DNA of 64,000 nucleotides from positions 44,954 to 108,953 of the forward strand of contig JAXMGF010000001.1 in assembly GCA_046347365.1 (NCBI GenBank). The letters run 5' to 3'. The first letter of the stretch is position 1. Every line of letters begins with the position of its first letter. The position numbers and the translations under genes are program-made. This document shows positions 22,089-35,324 of this stretch, one piece after another. The stretch is from Acinetobacter sp. (GTDB lineage: Bacteria; Pseudomonadota; Gammaproteobacteria; Pseudomonadales; Moraxellaceae). Under the pieces are notes generated by a model. That model searched no databases. It saw nothing but the letters and a program-made list of their open reading frames with translations, and was not told the DNA's origin.

Positions 22089-22118
22089 AAAAAAGAGCGT
22101 TGATTCAAACGCTCTTTT
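22089..22118. terminator. Bidirectional terminator
   Basis: A-run-GAGCGTT-loop-AACGCTC-T-run between convergent genes. Confidence 0.75.
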
Positions 22119-22126
22119 CATCTTAC

Positions 22127-23681
22127 CTACCGCCGTGACTTAAAGGAAACATCGACTTTACGCGGACGATAAATCCAGCCCATAACCAATAGAAGAATGG
22201 AAAAGATCAGGATTGGATAATCGCTCAAACGGTTATACAGTGTTTGCCCCTGCATTGCAGGTAAATCACCACGTAATACAAATTCCTCATCCAAAGGTGC
22301 CTGTTTCACGATATGGCCATTGTGGTCAATAAACGCAGTCACGCCTGTATTGGTAGCACGAATAAACCAGCGACCATTTTCTTTGGCGCGCATTTGTACC
22401 ATTTGTAAATGTTGCCAAGGTCCAGCCGTTCCTGTAAACCAGGCATCATTTGAAACCGTGATTAAAAAGTCGCTATTCGATGCATTGCGGCGGGTGAGGT
22501 TCGGGTAGGCGACCTCATAGCAAATTGCGGCTGCGAGTGCATGACCTTTTACGATCAGTGGCTTCTGATTGGCCTCACCACGCGAGAAACCACTCATGCT
22601 GACATCATTTTGTAAGGCTGGCAGTACCCATTTGAGTGCACCTGACAATGGAATGTACTCACCAAACGGCACTAAGCGTTGCTTTTTATACAGACCGTGA
22701 GAGTCGCTGCCCGAAGACATGAGGCTGTTGTAGTACAGTGGTTCACCCACCTGCTGCGATTTTGCCACGTCCCAATAGGGAATACCTGTGACCCATGCTG
22801 TATCTGTCTTTTTTGCCTGAGCTGCCATGGCCTCCAAAAATTCAGGAATATCGGTCTGGAACATTGGAATTGAAGATTCAGGCCAAACGATCAGGTCACG
22901 CCCCCATTCCGCACGGGTTAAAGTGGCATAAATTTCTAAGGTTTTAATCTGATATTCAGTCAACCATTTCAGATCTTGCGGAATATTGCCCTGAATCAGG
23001 GACACGCTCAGGGGCTTGGAGGCTTTGGGCTGAACAAACTGGATAAATCCAGCACCCCAGGCCCCTAGCACCAGCAAGGCGGAGGGAATGGCCCAAAACC
23101 AGCGTCAATTAAAATTTCGACCAAAGCACATGCCAGTACAATGACCACAAATGAAACCGCATAAATCCCAAATAAGGGTGCATAGCCATCGAGTAAGCGT
23201 TCAGTAAAGGCATAGCCTGCAATAGCCGTGGAAAACCTGTGAATGGGTTTTTGCCCACTCAAATAGCACCCAGAGTGGTGCAAAGGTGGAGTGGTGTTTC
23301 TGGGAAAAACCGTCGATAAGCCCATGTTTGAAAAGCAGTAAATAAGCCCATTGCGGCTGCCATAAAGACAATCATCAGAATTACTTAAAAAGGCATTGGT
23401 ATATCGCCATAGGTATGGATAGAGTGTAGAGCCAGAACAGCGCCGACAAACCCATAAGCCAAAACCATAAAATGCAACCCAGCACAAGAGCCCCTTGGGA
23501 TTCCTCTGGCGTAACACTGCATAAAGCAATGCTGGCGATAGAATCGCCAGCTACCAGAAATTATAGGGTGCGAGTGCCAAGCTAAAGATTGCGCCTGAGA
23601 TCAGGGCAATCAGCAGTGGAACAATAAAGGGAAGCTGTTTTTGTGGTTGAGATGAATTTAACAGCTTTTCAAAATAGCTTC

Positions 23682-23685
<4 letters not shown>
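22127..23685 (-). CDS. lnt: Apolipoprotein N-acyltransferase (5' half frameshifted)
   Basis: IQGNIPQDLKW, VWPES, KQRLVPFGEY, ICYEV, SNDAWF, RATNTG; start overlaps the corC stop. Confidence 0.93.
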
Positions 23686-24519
<834 letters not shown>

Positions 24520-24682
24520 GATCTTTCCTAAAGACTCTCTATATCAATTAGATGATTTTCATCATACCGAAGAAAAAGCGGATATGCATCAATAAAACGA
24601 TGCGAAAAATGTACAGTTTTTCAAAAAGCTGTTGATGATTTTTATCGACTTACTTTATGTTAAAATGTGAATATTAAAATAT

Positions 24683-24953
24683 ATGAGTATGATGATGTCC
24701 GAACAACCTCAACTTCCCACTGTTCAACTTAATACTAGAGGTTTACGTTGTCCTGAGCCTGTGATGATGCTGCATCAAGCGATTCGCAAAGCAAAATCAG
24801 GTGATATCGTCGAGGTGTTTGCTACAGATCCTTCTACATCTTGGGATATTCCTAAGTTTTGTATGCATCTTTGGGCATGAACTATTATTAAAAGAAGAAA
24901 GTCTCGATGAAAACAGTCACACTGAATATCGCTACTTGGTACAGAAAGGGTAG
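24683..24953 (+). CDS. tusA: Sulfurtransferase TusA (frameshift near 24870)
   Basis: [24 protein letters not shown]; the other frame ends YRYLVQKG. Confidence 0.9.
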
Positions 24954-24988
24954 TCTGGATATTCAATTAAATTTGAGGAAATGGCTCA

Positions 24989-25770
24989 GTGAAATTAAAA
25001 CAGCTTGAAAAACACATGTGGGCTTTTGAAACTTTGATTGATGAGGATATAGAGCAGCAATTTGATGAAGCATTGGAGTACTTGTCTCAAGGCAGTTTAC
25101 TTGCATCAGAGCTGACGCTAACCAACTACTTTCTGAGTATCCCCAACATATTGATGCTTGGGTTCATCTTGGGCTGGTTTATGGATATTCTGGTCGAAAA
25201 ATGGAATCTTATCTCGCTTTGCGTGAGGCTCATCGTATTGGACTGGCAGTATTTCCCATTTAACTGGGATAAAGATTTATTGGAATGGGGCTTTATTGAG
25301 AACCGTCCATTTTAGAGGCTTGCTTTAATTTAGCCTTACATTTGGCTGATACACCGATGGCTGTTGAAGCGGAGCAGATTTTTACAAGATTAGTGAAGAT
25401 ATCCCCAAATGATAATCAGGGAGCACGCTATCTGTTATTAAAACGCTTTCTTGAAACAGGGAATAAATTAAAATTGCAATGGCTGGATGCAAGTATCCAG
25501 AAGACCATAGCCCTGAATTTTTATATGGAAAAGTATTGTTTGCATTAATGCAGCAAGATATGGATAGAGCTAAAGCCACATTTTTTGAAGCAAAAGCTGC
25601 TTTTCACTGGTTGCTCGAGAACTCAAGAAAAAACGTCATCCTAAGCCTGCTGAACTGAGGAGGGATATATCACTATGGGTGGGAAAGATCAGGCATTTGT
25701 TTACTGAGAGAGTTTGGTCATCTTTGGGAATATGGAAGCCCCACTCTTTAGTTTGTTAGGTAATATATAG
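24989..25770 (+). pseudogene. Fragmented TPR-like hypothetical protein (end approximate)
   Basis: Fragments with EWGFIENRPF and PNDNQGARYLL; AT-rich; real decay versus sequencing error is unresolved. Confidence 0.5.
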
Positions 25771-26033
25771 TGATGCTATGAATAAGCCCTGACATTTTGG
25801 GACGGGCGATATATTTATTATGCTTCCTTGATCAGGCTATTTTTAAGCAAATTTTCAAACTTGGCTATCTCAGTAATTTCTACGCCATTGAAAATTCTGA
25901 TGTTTGAGTTGCTTAAAAACCTTTCCCTTATATCTGCATAAAAAGAAAAAATTGAGTTGATTTTAGCTCGAATGTTAAAAAACAAAGCCCCAATCTTTCA
26001 ATCAGGGCTTTGAGTAATGACTATGATAATAGA

Positions 26034-27743
26034 TTACATGTTAGGGTAATTGGGGCTACCCACCACCCTCAGGGGTTACCCAAGTAATGTTTTGTGAAGG
26101 GTCTTTAATATCACAAGTCTTACAGTGTACGCAGTTGGCTGCGTTAATCGGAAGCGCTTAGAATATCCTCCATTTTCCATGATTTCATATGCTTTCAACA
26201 GGGCAGTAGCGTTGAGCAGGCTCATCCCATTTTGGTAAGTTTACATTCACTGGAATTGATGGATCAGTTAGCTTTAAGTGAGCAGGTTGGTTCTCTTCAT
26301 GCACTGTATTTGATACGAATACTGAAGATAAACGGTCAAAGGTCAACTTACCATCTGGTTTTGGATAGTTTGGTTTGAACGTCGATGCATCACAGTTTTA
26401 AGTGCAGCAAAGTCTTGTTTTAAGTCATGTAAGGTAAATGGCACTTTAAGGATGTTTTGATCAATAAAGTTAAATGCACCACCAATCCATTGACCAAACT
26501 TGTGCATCGCTGGACCAAAGTTACGTGCTTGATATAACTCTTCTTTTAACCAAAAATTGTTATATTTTTCAGTGTATGCGGTTAACTCTTTGTCGAAATG
26601 ATCTTCGCCTTCAGTGACACGTGCAACGGCTAAATCACCACCTTTGGCTGCACCGCTGCAATCGCTTCAAACACAGCTTCACCACACAGCATGCCGGGAA
26701 TTTCATGGCAGTGTGAGAACCTTTGATTTTAGAAGTTCAAGAAACCTGCATCATCACCAATCAAACAACCACCTGGGAAAGTGAGTTTAGGTAAGGCATT
26801 AAAGCCACCTTTCACAACCGCACGCGCACCATAAGGAAATACGTTTACCGCCTTCGGGAATTGCTTAATTGTTGGGTGATTTTTTCCAACGTTGCATTTC
26901 CATGAATGGATACATGTGGATTTTCATAAGATAAATCCACAATCATCCCTAGAGTCACTTGGTTGTTTTCAGCGTGGTATAACCGCAACCACCAGATGAA
27001 CCCGTTTCAGATAATGGCCAACCTGCACCATGCATCACTAGACCAGGCTTATGCTTAGCTGGGTCAATTTCCCAAAGTTCTTTAATACCAATACCGTAAT
27101 GTTGCGGATCAGCATCTTTATCTAGGTTATATTTAGCAATTAGGCGCTTACCAAGGTGACCGCGGCAGCCTTCTGCAAACAAAGTATATTTGGCATGAAG
27201 TTCATAACCCGGTGTAAAGTTATGCGTTGGCTCACCATTTTTGCCAATGCCCATATCACCCGTCTGGATACCTTTTACAGTACCATCTTCATGGTAAAGA
27301 ATTTCAGAAGCGGCGAAGCCAGGGAAAATTGAAACTTCAAGTTCTTCCGCTTTTTGACCTAACCAGCGAACAACGTTACCGAGGGAAATCACATAGTTCC
27401 CTTCGTTGTGCATTGATTTTGGTACCATCCAATACGGCATTTTTTGTGCCTTGGTATCAGAAAGCAGGAAATAGGTTTCGTCGCCTGTTACAGGAACATT
27501 GAGTGGCGCGCCTTCTTCTTTCCAGTTCGGAAACAGTTCATTCATGGCGCGTGGTTCAAGTACAGCACCAGAAAGGATATGCGCACCTACTTCAGAGCCT
27601 TTTTCAACAACACACACAGTAAGGTCTGGTAGGTTGTTTTCAATCGCTAGTTGACGAATTTTAATCGCAGCAGATAAACCCGCAGGCCCTGCGCCTACGA
27701 TCACTACGTCAAACTCCATCGCTTCACGTTCGATGTGTTCCAT
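26034..27743 (-). CDS. Electron transfer flavoprotein-ubiquinone oxidoreductase (3' half heavily frameshifted)
   Basis: [26 protein letters not shown]; C-terminal [13 protein letters not shown]...PNYPNM readable on the minus strand. Confidence 0.92.
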
Positions 27744-27983
27744 GTAGGACTCCTCATATTTTTAAGGGTGGCAACCGTAATATTGCGATTCGGTGCTGCC
27801 ATGAGTGTTCTGTATTGCCAAGCACAAAGACACTATTGTACTTGCAAACGTTTGGGATAGTATAGTTTTAAACCTTGGACTCGCCAATTGGCTGAGCGGT
27901 CATATTTTTTCGTCAGCTAGGCATAAAAGACGATAAATGAAAATGATTCTCCACCAGACTCGCTACAAAATAAGGGAAAAATC

Positions 27984-28568
27984 ATGTTTTCTGATGATAA
28001 AAACTTAATGAGCATTGCACAATACGTAAAAGATGTACAGCAAAGTCACAAAAGGTCAATTCCACCTTTAGACCAGTGGCATCCAAAGCATTGCGGCAAA
28101 ATGGATCTAAAGATAAAAGCCAATGGAGAATGGTGGCACGAAGGTCAATTGGTCAAGCGTCAGGCTTTACTCGACCTGTTTAGCAAGGTGCTGTGGAAAG
28201 AGGATGGAAAGTTTTACCTGAAAACACCTGTTGAGCAGATTGAAATTGAGGTTGAGGATGAGCCACTGCTAATCAACCAGGTGGATCAGGTTGAGATAGA
28301 GGGCAAGCGCTATTTGCAGCTCACCACCAGCAATCAGGATGTGGTGATTGTGGATGAGCGACACCCAGTTTTTATGCGTGCCTATCCAAATGAAGCAGGA
28401 GAGGATGAATTGCGTCCTTATGTGCATGTTCGTTTTGGAATGAATGCGTTGATTCAGCGTCAAAGTTTTTATCACCTTGTGAACTATGGCAGTTTGTCTG
28501 AAAATGCACGGGGTGAGACAGTTTTGACATTAAAAAGTGGTGATTTGGTCTTGCATTTAAGCACCTGA
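27984..28568 (+). CDS. DUF1285 family protein
   Basis: PPLDQWHP..CG.MDLKIKANGEWWHEG, LKTPVEQ, RPYVHVR. Confidence 0.85.
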   Translation: MFSDDKNLMSIAQYVKDVQQSHKRSIPPLDQWHPKHCGKMDLKIKANGEWWHEGQLVKRQALLDLFSKVLWKEDGKFYLKTPVEQIEIEVEDEPLLINQVDQVEIEGKRYLQLTTSNQDVVIVDERHPVFMRAYPNEAGEDELRPYVHVRFGMNALIQRQSFYHLVNYGSLSENARGETVLTLKSGDLVLHLST

Positions 28569-28615
28569 GGTTTAAGCTTAAAAGAGTGAAGAAACCACAG
28601 TGTTAATGTATTTGT

Positions 28616-29494
28616 ATGACTGCTGTCCAATCCCTGCCCGTATTGGCTGACCCCATGCCACATGCATCCTCTGATGCGCCGATTGGGGTTTTTGATTCAG
28701 GCATTGGAGGCTTGTCGATTGCGCAGGAGATTGCCCGACATTTACCCAACGAACGGATTCTCTACTATGCCGATACCGCGCATGTGCCTTATGGGGCCCG
28801 TTCAGATCAGGAAATTCGACAATTAACAGCGCGTGCGATTGAGTGGCTGTATCGGCAGGGCTGTAAGATTGCGGTGGTGGCATGCAATACTGCATCGGCA
28901 TTTAGTCTGGACTACCTACGTGACTACTATGGCGAGCATTTTCCGATTGTGGGATTGGTGCCTGCATTAAAGCCCGCTGTACTGCAAACACGGTCGAAAG
29001 TGGTGGCTGTGTTGGCGACACCTGCAACCTTTCGCGGACAGCTCATTAAGGATGTGATGAGCAGGTTTGCCGAACCTGCTGGCGTTCGGGTTTTAAAAGT
29101 CACCAGTCTGGAACTGGTGCCTTTTGTTGAGGCGGGACAGCAAATGAGCCAGGCCTGTCTGGATGTGTTGCAGGATATATTGCAGCCTGTGGTGGAGCAG
29201 GGCGCGGATTTTTTAGTGCTGGGATGTACTCACTATCCTTTTTTAAGGGATGCAATTCATCAGGTTTTTGATAAAAAGTTAAAATTAATTGATTCTGGAC
29301 AGGCAGTTGCGCGGCAAACAGCCTATATTTTGATAAAAAATAGGTTATTATGTGACAAAATAAGTCATAATATTACACGTATTGAATGTTATGTCAGTGG
29401 TCATAATGCTGTTGAATTAAAATCGGTACTGCAGCATCTCATGCCAGAACAATTAACATGGACGATTCAGAATTTAGATGATCTGGGCGCCTAA
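28616..29494 (+). CDS. murI: Glutamate racemase
   Basis: FDSGIGGLS, VACNTAS, LGCTHYP. Confidence 0.97.
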   Translation: MTAVQSLPVLADPMPHASSDAPIGVFDSGIGGLSIAQEIARHLPNERILYYADTAHVPYGARSDQEIRQLTARAIEWLYRQGCKIAVVACNTASAFSLDYLRDYYGEHFPIVGLVPALKPAVLQTRSKVVAVLATPATFRGQLIKDVMSRFAEPAGVRVLKVTSLELVPFVEAGQQMSQACLDVLQDILQPVVEQGADFLVLGCTHYPFLRDAIHQVFDKKLKLIDSGQAVARQTAYILIKNRLLCDKISHNITRIECYVSGHNAVELKSVLQHLMPEQLTWTIQNLDDLGA

Positions 29495-29597
29495 AAGCAT
29501 CAGTTGATTCATATTTGAGATTTTATTGGGGTTATTGTTGATAAGGCTTAAGCGAAACCGCTTAAGGATTATTGATAAGTGAACTGGGACCTAGCCT

Positions 29598-30626
29598 ATG
29601 CAAGATACTCGTTATCAGGTTTTTATTTCTACGTCTGGCAATGAAATGCAACCAGAACGGGCAGTTTTGGCCCAGACACTGATTGGAATGGGATTCTTTT
29701 CGTGGGGCTTGGAACAGCGTACACCCTTAAGCACCTCGATTGCTCGCCGACAGATTGATGACTGTGATTACGTGGTGATTTTGCTGGGGAGCCAGTATGG
29801 TGAGCAGTCCGTTTCAGGTGTGGGCTATATGCATCTGGAATATATCTATGCCATGACCAAACAGAAACCCGTGATTGTATTCATGCATGAAGATCCTGAA
29901 TCACGTGATGCTGTATTACATGATCATAAATTAGAATTGAGAGAAAAATTCAAAGAGTTTAGAAAACAGCTTCAACATGAAGTTGATCAAGTTTTTACTT
30001 ATCGGACTTTGCGTGATTTAGAACTTGCGGTACGTTCGAATATGCCACAAATGTTAGAGCGTTATCCTGTGGTCGGTTGGGTGCGTCCGCAAAATACGCA
30101 AGTTTTACAAGATGAAATTGATGCCTTGCGTGCCAAAGTTAAACAGCTTGAAACGGAACTGGGCAATCGGCAAGTTGATCCACTTACCAGCGTACCCAAA
30201 GTGTCCATGCATGAGGTTTATTCATTTGAATATCGTATGCATGCCTATCAGGATGGCAATTTCAAGGAAGTCAAACCCCACCGTAAAATGACCTGGGCAC
30301 AATTACTGAATGTGCTTGGTTCATCATTTGTGATTCCAACACCTGAAGAATATTTTTCCAAGCGCATGAATGAATATTTAAACGAAACGGGTCTGGATGA
30401 TGCGCGCAAGGAAATGCCACGCGCGCATGCTGTTTCACGTGCACAGGTGAATATCCGTGCCCTGCATGAAATCAAGTTGCAGATGCGCCAGAATGAGTGG
30501 ATTGTGCCGACAGGACGGGATGACCGCCAACGTATGCTGTGGCAACTGACCGCAAAAGGGCAGAAGCTTCTGGAAAGCAATATACTGGACAGCAATCGGG
30601 TTTTTCAATTTAAGACCATGCATTAA
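29598..30626 (+). CDS. DUF4062 domain protein with coiled coil
   Basis: YQVFISTS, IDDCDYVVILLGSQYG, HLEYIYA. Confidence 0.85.
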   Translation: MQDTRYQVFISTSGNEMQPERAVLAQTLIGMGFFSWGLEQRTPLSTSIARRQIDDCDYVVILLGSQYGEQSVSGVGYMHLEYIYAMTKQKPVIVFMHEDPESRDAVLHDHKLELREKFKEFRKQLQHEVDQVFTYRTLRDLELAVRSNMPQMLERYPVVGWVRPQNTQVLQDEIDALRAKVKQLETELGNRQVDPLTSVPKVSMHEVYSFEYRMHAYQDGNFKEVKPHRKMTWAQLLNVLGSSFVIPTPEEYFSKRMNEYLNETGLDDARKEMPRAHAVSRAQVNIRALHEIKLQMRQNEWIVPTGRDDRQRMLWQLTAKGQKLLESNILDSNRVFQFKTMH

Positions 30627-30695
30627 TTCAATTTAAAAAATAATCATAAAACTGCTAAAGTAATTGAAGAAATTCAGCTATAGCGGAAGCGATCT

Positions 30696-31712
30696 ATGTC
30701 AGCTACACCAAAACCCAAAGTGACTGTGGTTTTAGCAAATTTAGGTACGCCAGACCAAGCCACTGTACCAGCAGTACGTCGTTTCTTAAAACAGTTCTTA
30801 TCCGATACCCGTGTCATTGAAATTCCCAAAGTAATCTGGTGGATTATCCTGCACCTGTTTGTACTGACTTTTCGGCCCAAGCGGGTTGCCGAGGCGTATG
30901 CCTCAGTGTGGTCAAAAGATTCTCCAATGCGGGAAATTGTACTTGAGCAAACACGCTTGGTTAAACAACGCTTGCAAGATGAAAATCATCAGCTTGACCT
31001 CACGGTCGTCCCTGCGATGACCTATGGGCAACCGAGCATTTATGATGTCTTGGCACAACTGGAAAAAACACCGCAAGAGCATGTGATTCTGTTGCCGCTA
31101 TTTCCCCAGTATTCAGCCACCTCAACTGCACCATTGTATGACGCCTTTGCCAGATGGATTCCACAGCAGCGTCATTTGCCAGGTCTGACCCTCATCAAGG
31201 ATTACTACCAGCATCCGCTGTTTATTCAGGCATTGGCGGATAGTGTTCTCAACTATCAGGCTGAACATGGCAAGCCTGAAAAGCTGTTGATGTCCTTTCA
31301 TGGCATTCCCCAGCCTTATGCGGACAAGGGTGATCCTTATGCTGACCGTTGTCGAATCACTGCCCGTTTAGTTGCAGATGTCTTGCACTTGAAAGATGAG
31401 GAATGGGCGATTAGTTTTCAATCTCGCTTTGGTAAGCAGGAATGGGTTAAGCCATATACGGATGTGATTTTACAGCAATGGGGTGAGCAAAAAGTTAAAT
31501 CAGTGCAAGTATTGAGTCCTGCATTTTCGGCGGATTGTTTAGAAACATTGGAAGAGTTGGCCATCCAGAATAAAGAACTGTTTCAACATGCTGGCGGCGG
31601 TGAATATGCCTATATTGCTGCGCTGAATACCGATCAGGCCCATATTGATTTGCTTGCCAGTCTGGTTCAGGCTAATCTTGATGCCCTAACCCATACCTTA
31701 GCCCACCGTTAA
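30696..31712 (+). CDS. hemH: Ferrochelatase
   Basis: [32 protein letters not shown]. Confidence 0.97.
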   Translation: MSATPKPKVTVVLANLGTPDQATVPAVRRFLKQFLSDTRVIEIPKVIWWIILHLFVLTFRPKRVAEAYASVWSKDSPMREIVLEQTRLVKQRLQDENHQLDLTVVPAMTYGQPSIYDVLAQLEKTPQEHVILLPLFPQYSATSTAPLYDAFARWIPQQRHLPGLTLIKDYYQHPLFIQALADSVLNYQAEHGKPEKLLMSFHGIPQPYADKGDPYADRCRITARLVADVLHLKDEEWAISFQSRFGKQEWVKPYTDVILQQWGEQKVKSVQVLSPAFSADCLETLEELAIQNKELFQHAGGGEYAYIAALNTDQAHIDLLASLVQANLDALTHTLAHR

Positions 31713-31735
31713 CTGCGTTTTAGCCAGAGGTTTTT

Positions 31736-32380
31736 ATGCTACAAGTCAAAATTGTCCCTGTCACTGCCTTTCAACAAAACTGCTCGATTTTATGGGACAG
31801 TGAAACCAAAGACGCGATTTTGATTGATGCAGGCGGTGATGCGGCAGTGCTGAAAAAAGAAATCGAAGCCTTGGGTCTGCATGTGAAAGCATTATGGCTC
31901 ACCCACGGACATCTTGATCATGCAGGTGCGGTGGGTGAACTTGCTGAGACATGGAAAGTGCCTGTGATTGGTCCACATAAAGAGGATCAATTCTGGCTGG
32001 ACATGATTCAGGAAGTTTCGGCACGTTATGGCTTCCCGATTCCACAACCTGTTAAGGTCGATCAGTGGCTAGAGGGTGGTGAAGTGCTGAAACTGGGTGA
32101 GGATGAGTTTGAGGTGCGTTTTGCGCCTGGTCATACCCCAGGCCATGTGATGTTCTACAATGCCAAACATGGTTTATTATGGACGGGGGATGTCCTGTTT
32201 AAGGGTTCTATTGGGCGTACTGATTTTCCTAAAGGGAATCATCAGCAATTGCTGGATTCAATTCAACGTGAATGTTTTAGTTTGCCTGATGACACGCAAT
32301 TTATTTCAGGGCATGGGCCAATGAGCACCATCGGCTATGAAAAGCAATTTAATCCTTTTGTGGCAAGTAAAGCGGGTTGA
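31736..32380 (+). CDS. MBL-fold hydrolase (YcbL/glyoxalase II-like)
   Basis: THGHLDH, PGHTPGH, GDVLF, SGHG. Confidence 0.9.
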   Translation: MLQVKIVPVTAFQQNCSILWDSETKDAILIDAGGDAAVLKKEIEALGLHVKALWLTHGHLDHAGAVGELAETWKVPVIGPHKEDQFWLDMIQEVSARYGFPIPQPVKVDQWLEGGEVLKLGEDEFEVRFAPGHTPGHVMFYNAKHGLLWTGDVLFKGSIGRTDFPKGNHQQLLDSIQRECFSLPDDTQFISGHGPMSTIGYEKQFNPFVASKAG

Positions 32381-32407
32381 GTTCGGTACGACTAAACAAG
32401 AAGATGA

Positions 32408-32599
32408 TTAATCCTCATAATCATCTTCATGGCGTTTGAGATCCGCCTGAGGCGCATCCTGAGTTGGGAGTTTATATTCGTCACTTGCCCAAGCACCCAG
32501 ATCAATCAATTTACAGCGTTCTGAGCAGAATGGACGAAAATCATTATTTTCCCATGTGCTTGGCTGGCCACAACGAGGGCAGGGAAAGGTACGGGGCAT
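32408..32599 (-). CDS. yacG: DNA gyrase inhibitor YacG
   Basis: CPRC...[17 protein letters not shown]. Confidence 0.95.
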   Translation of the reverse strand: MPRTFPCPRCGQPSTWENNDFRPFCSERCKLIDLGAWASDEYKLPTQDAPQADLKRHEDDYED

Positions 32600-32690
32600 A
32601 GAAAATTCCTAAGGCAGCAGGTAAATAGATTAGGCAAACGTCAGGTGAGTTGTTAGACTTATGCCGATTTATAGATAGTTTGATGGGATT

Positions 32691-33333
32691 ATGTTGATTC
32701 GTCAATTTCAAGCACAACGTATGCAAGCCCCCCGTGATTTTATAGCCATTCCTAACACGCCGATTTGCGTTGAGACCGGGGCTGGCAAAAGCAAGCATGC
32801 GCTGCTATTTACAGAGCAAAATCACAAACTACGTTATATGCCATTGAGCGAACCAAAGAAAAATTTGTAGCGATGCAGAAGCAGCATCAACTGGAACCGC
32901 GTGAACATTTGAATCCCATCCATGCCGATGCCTTGCCCTGGGTGGTGCATGCGCTATTCCTGCAAGTTGAACAATTTTTTATTCTCTATCAGATCCAGAA
33001 CCGCATAATCCAGCACAGCGCTGGCTGAACATGCCATTTTTCGAGTTCCTGTTGTCTCGCCTAAAACCGAATGGCATGATTACGCTGGCGAGCAACATTC
33101 CAGCATATATTGATGAGGCAGAGCAACAGCTTATTGATGTGTGGAAATTACCTTACCAAAAGCAAAAGATTGCAACAGACTCAGCCCGTACCCATTTTGA
33201 AATTAAATATTTAGAACGTGGTGAGCTGTGCCAGCAGTTACTAATCACTAAACCACAGGACTATCAGACCCGTTTTGATGATTTTGCACCGTTACAAGGG
33301 CGGAACATACAAGGGCAGCCTGATGGCGAATAA
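32691..33333 (+). CDS. SAM-dependent methyltransferase, TrmB-like (frameshifted)
   Basis: Fragments give E.GAG SAM motif, AIERT, HADA, RTHFEIKYLERG. Confidence 0.7.
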
Positions 33334-34530
33334 GCGTATTGCGATTATTGGTGCAGGCCCAGCAGGATTGATGGCGGCTGAAGTGCTGAGCCAATACAAC
33401 TACGATATTGAGGTTTATGAGCAAAAACCATCGGCGGCCCGCAAGTTTTTAATGGCAGGCAAAACGGGACTGAATATTTCCCATGCTGAGCCTGTCGAAA
33501 TGTTTATACAGCGTTATGACCATGCTGCATGGCTAGGCCCTGGATTAAGCAATGCGATGCTGTATGGATTCAGCACTGGATGCAAGGTTTAGGCATTGAA
33601 TCCTACATTGGCAAAAGTTCAGGACGCGTCTTCCCCTGTAGAAATGAAAGCAGCACCGTTACTTCGTGCTTGGTTAAAGCGATTGATGAATGATGGGGTA
33701 AAATTTCATTATCGTCATCGTTGTGTGGCGCTGTCGGGCAATCAGGCATTAACCCTTATCAGAAGCGCAAACATTCACAACAAGCTATGATGCGATTATT
33801 ATTTTTGGCGCAACGAACGGTGTCATGGCCACGGACAGGAACTAATCAAAGGGTGACTGGCAACACTGGTTATCCTCAAATGAAATTAAGCCATTTCAGG
33901 CCAGTAATGTGGGTGTGTTAAAGGCTTGGTCGCCGTTTATGCAGGACTGTTTTTGGCAGCCACTCAAGCGTGTCAATGCATGGTACAGCCTGATCAGCAA
34001 ACGTATGGCGATATTGTGGTGACGCATTTATGGTTTGGAAAGCGGAGTTATTTATAAACTGGGACGTGAGTTAAGACAGCTTCTAGTCCAGAACCAGCCT
34101 TTGCAACTGCATCTGGATTTGCTCTGATCTCGGTATTGAGCAATTGGAAAAATTGCAGGGGCAATAAAAGCAGTCCATCACCAATATTTGGCGCAAGGCA
34201 GGTTTGGACCATGTGAAGATCAATTTACTACGAGAAGTGGTGGATAAAAATCTGTGGTCACAGCCTGAAATGATGGCAAGGCAAATCAAACAGTTAAGCA
34301 TTACCCTGGATGGTTTCCGTCCAATTGAGGAAGCGATTAGCTGTGCAGGTGGGGTAAAGCAAGCAGCCTTATCTTCACAACTGCAATTAAAATCTAATCC
34401 CTATCTTTTTTGCTGTGGAGAAATGCTGGACTGGGATGCACCGACAGGTGGATATTTACTAACAGCCTGTTTTGCTACGGGGCGGGCGGCAGGGCAAGGC
34501 GTACATCAACTATTGAATTCAGCCATATAA
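33323..34530 (+). CDS. HI0933/NAD(P)-FAD-dependent flavoprotein (frameshifted)
   Basis: IGAGPAGLMAA, RKFLMAGKTGLN, EAISCAGGV, GEMLDWDAPTGGYLL. Confidence 0.85.
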
Positions 34531-34662
34531 TATTTATCTTGTTGTTGAGCTTTCAAAAATGCTAGTTTTTAGAAAACTTTGATTAGGATAATGGGCATGT
34601 CTCAAGTTACCCCTATTTACCACAAGATGCTGAACGTCCTTAAGCCTGCATTATTTATTGCC

Positions 34663-35263
34663 ATGATTTTTGATACAGCCTGCTTAAGTCCAGCCGAAGC
34701 CTATCGCTTACTGGTCGGTGGTGTTACGCCGCGTCAATTGCATGGATCCGGTACCCGATCTACTGATGGCATTGACAATATTGCCCCTTACTCATTTTTC
34801 AATGTGGCCAGTTGTAATCCTCCTATCATGTGGTATTCACGGAGTCAATCCACAAAGTGGTCGGGAGTACGGAGACACCTTGGAGAATTTGGTGCGACCA
34901 GAGAATGTGGTACACATTGTGAATTCCCAGTTAATGCAAAAGATGAATTTATCCTGTGCCTTGCTTCCGTCTGAGCAGAGTGAGTTTGATTTGCTGAGAT
35001 TGAGGTCATGTGTGAGCAATAGTGTTGAACCATTAGCAGTGAAGACTCTCCCATCGGGTATGAATGTCATTTAAAAGTGATTCAATTGGAGTAGCCTGCC
35101 ATCAGGTGGAACGGTTGCCTTATTGGATGTAAAGTCTATTTATGTCGATGACCGTCTTTGGAATGGGACCATGATCAACCAGCAGCAACTGGATAGCGTA
35201 GGCAAAATGGGTGGAGATTTTTATAGTTTAACCACTGAGCTACGCAAACTGGAAAGACCTTAA
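34663..35263 (+). CDS. Flavin reductase family protein (frameshifted)
   Basis: YRLLVGGVTPR, NIAPYSFFNVAS, DTLENL, VGKMGG in successive frames. Confidence 0.75.
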
Positions 35264-35280
35264 AAATAGCATAGATTAAA

Positions 35281-35312
35281 AAAGACAGGAGGCTTTAGCA
35301 CCTCCTGTTTTT
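35281..35312. terminator. Bidirectional terminator
   Basis: ACAGGAGG-loop-CCTCCTGT flanked by A and T runs. Confidence 0.75.
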
Positions 35313-35324
35313 ATTACTTTGCTG

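Noticed and set aside
27845-27854. CAAACGTTTG palindrome upstream of ETF-QO as a PsrA-like operator
   Set aside because: Too short, and it lacks the usual spacer; not distinguishable from chance.
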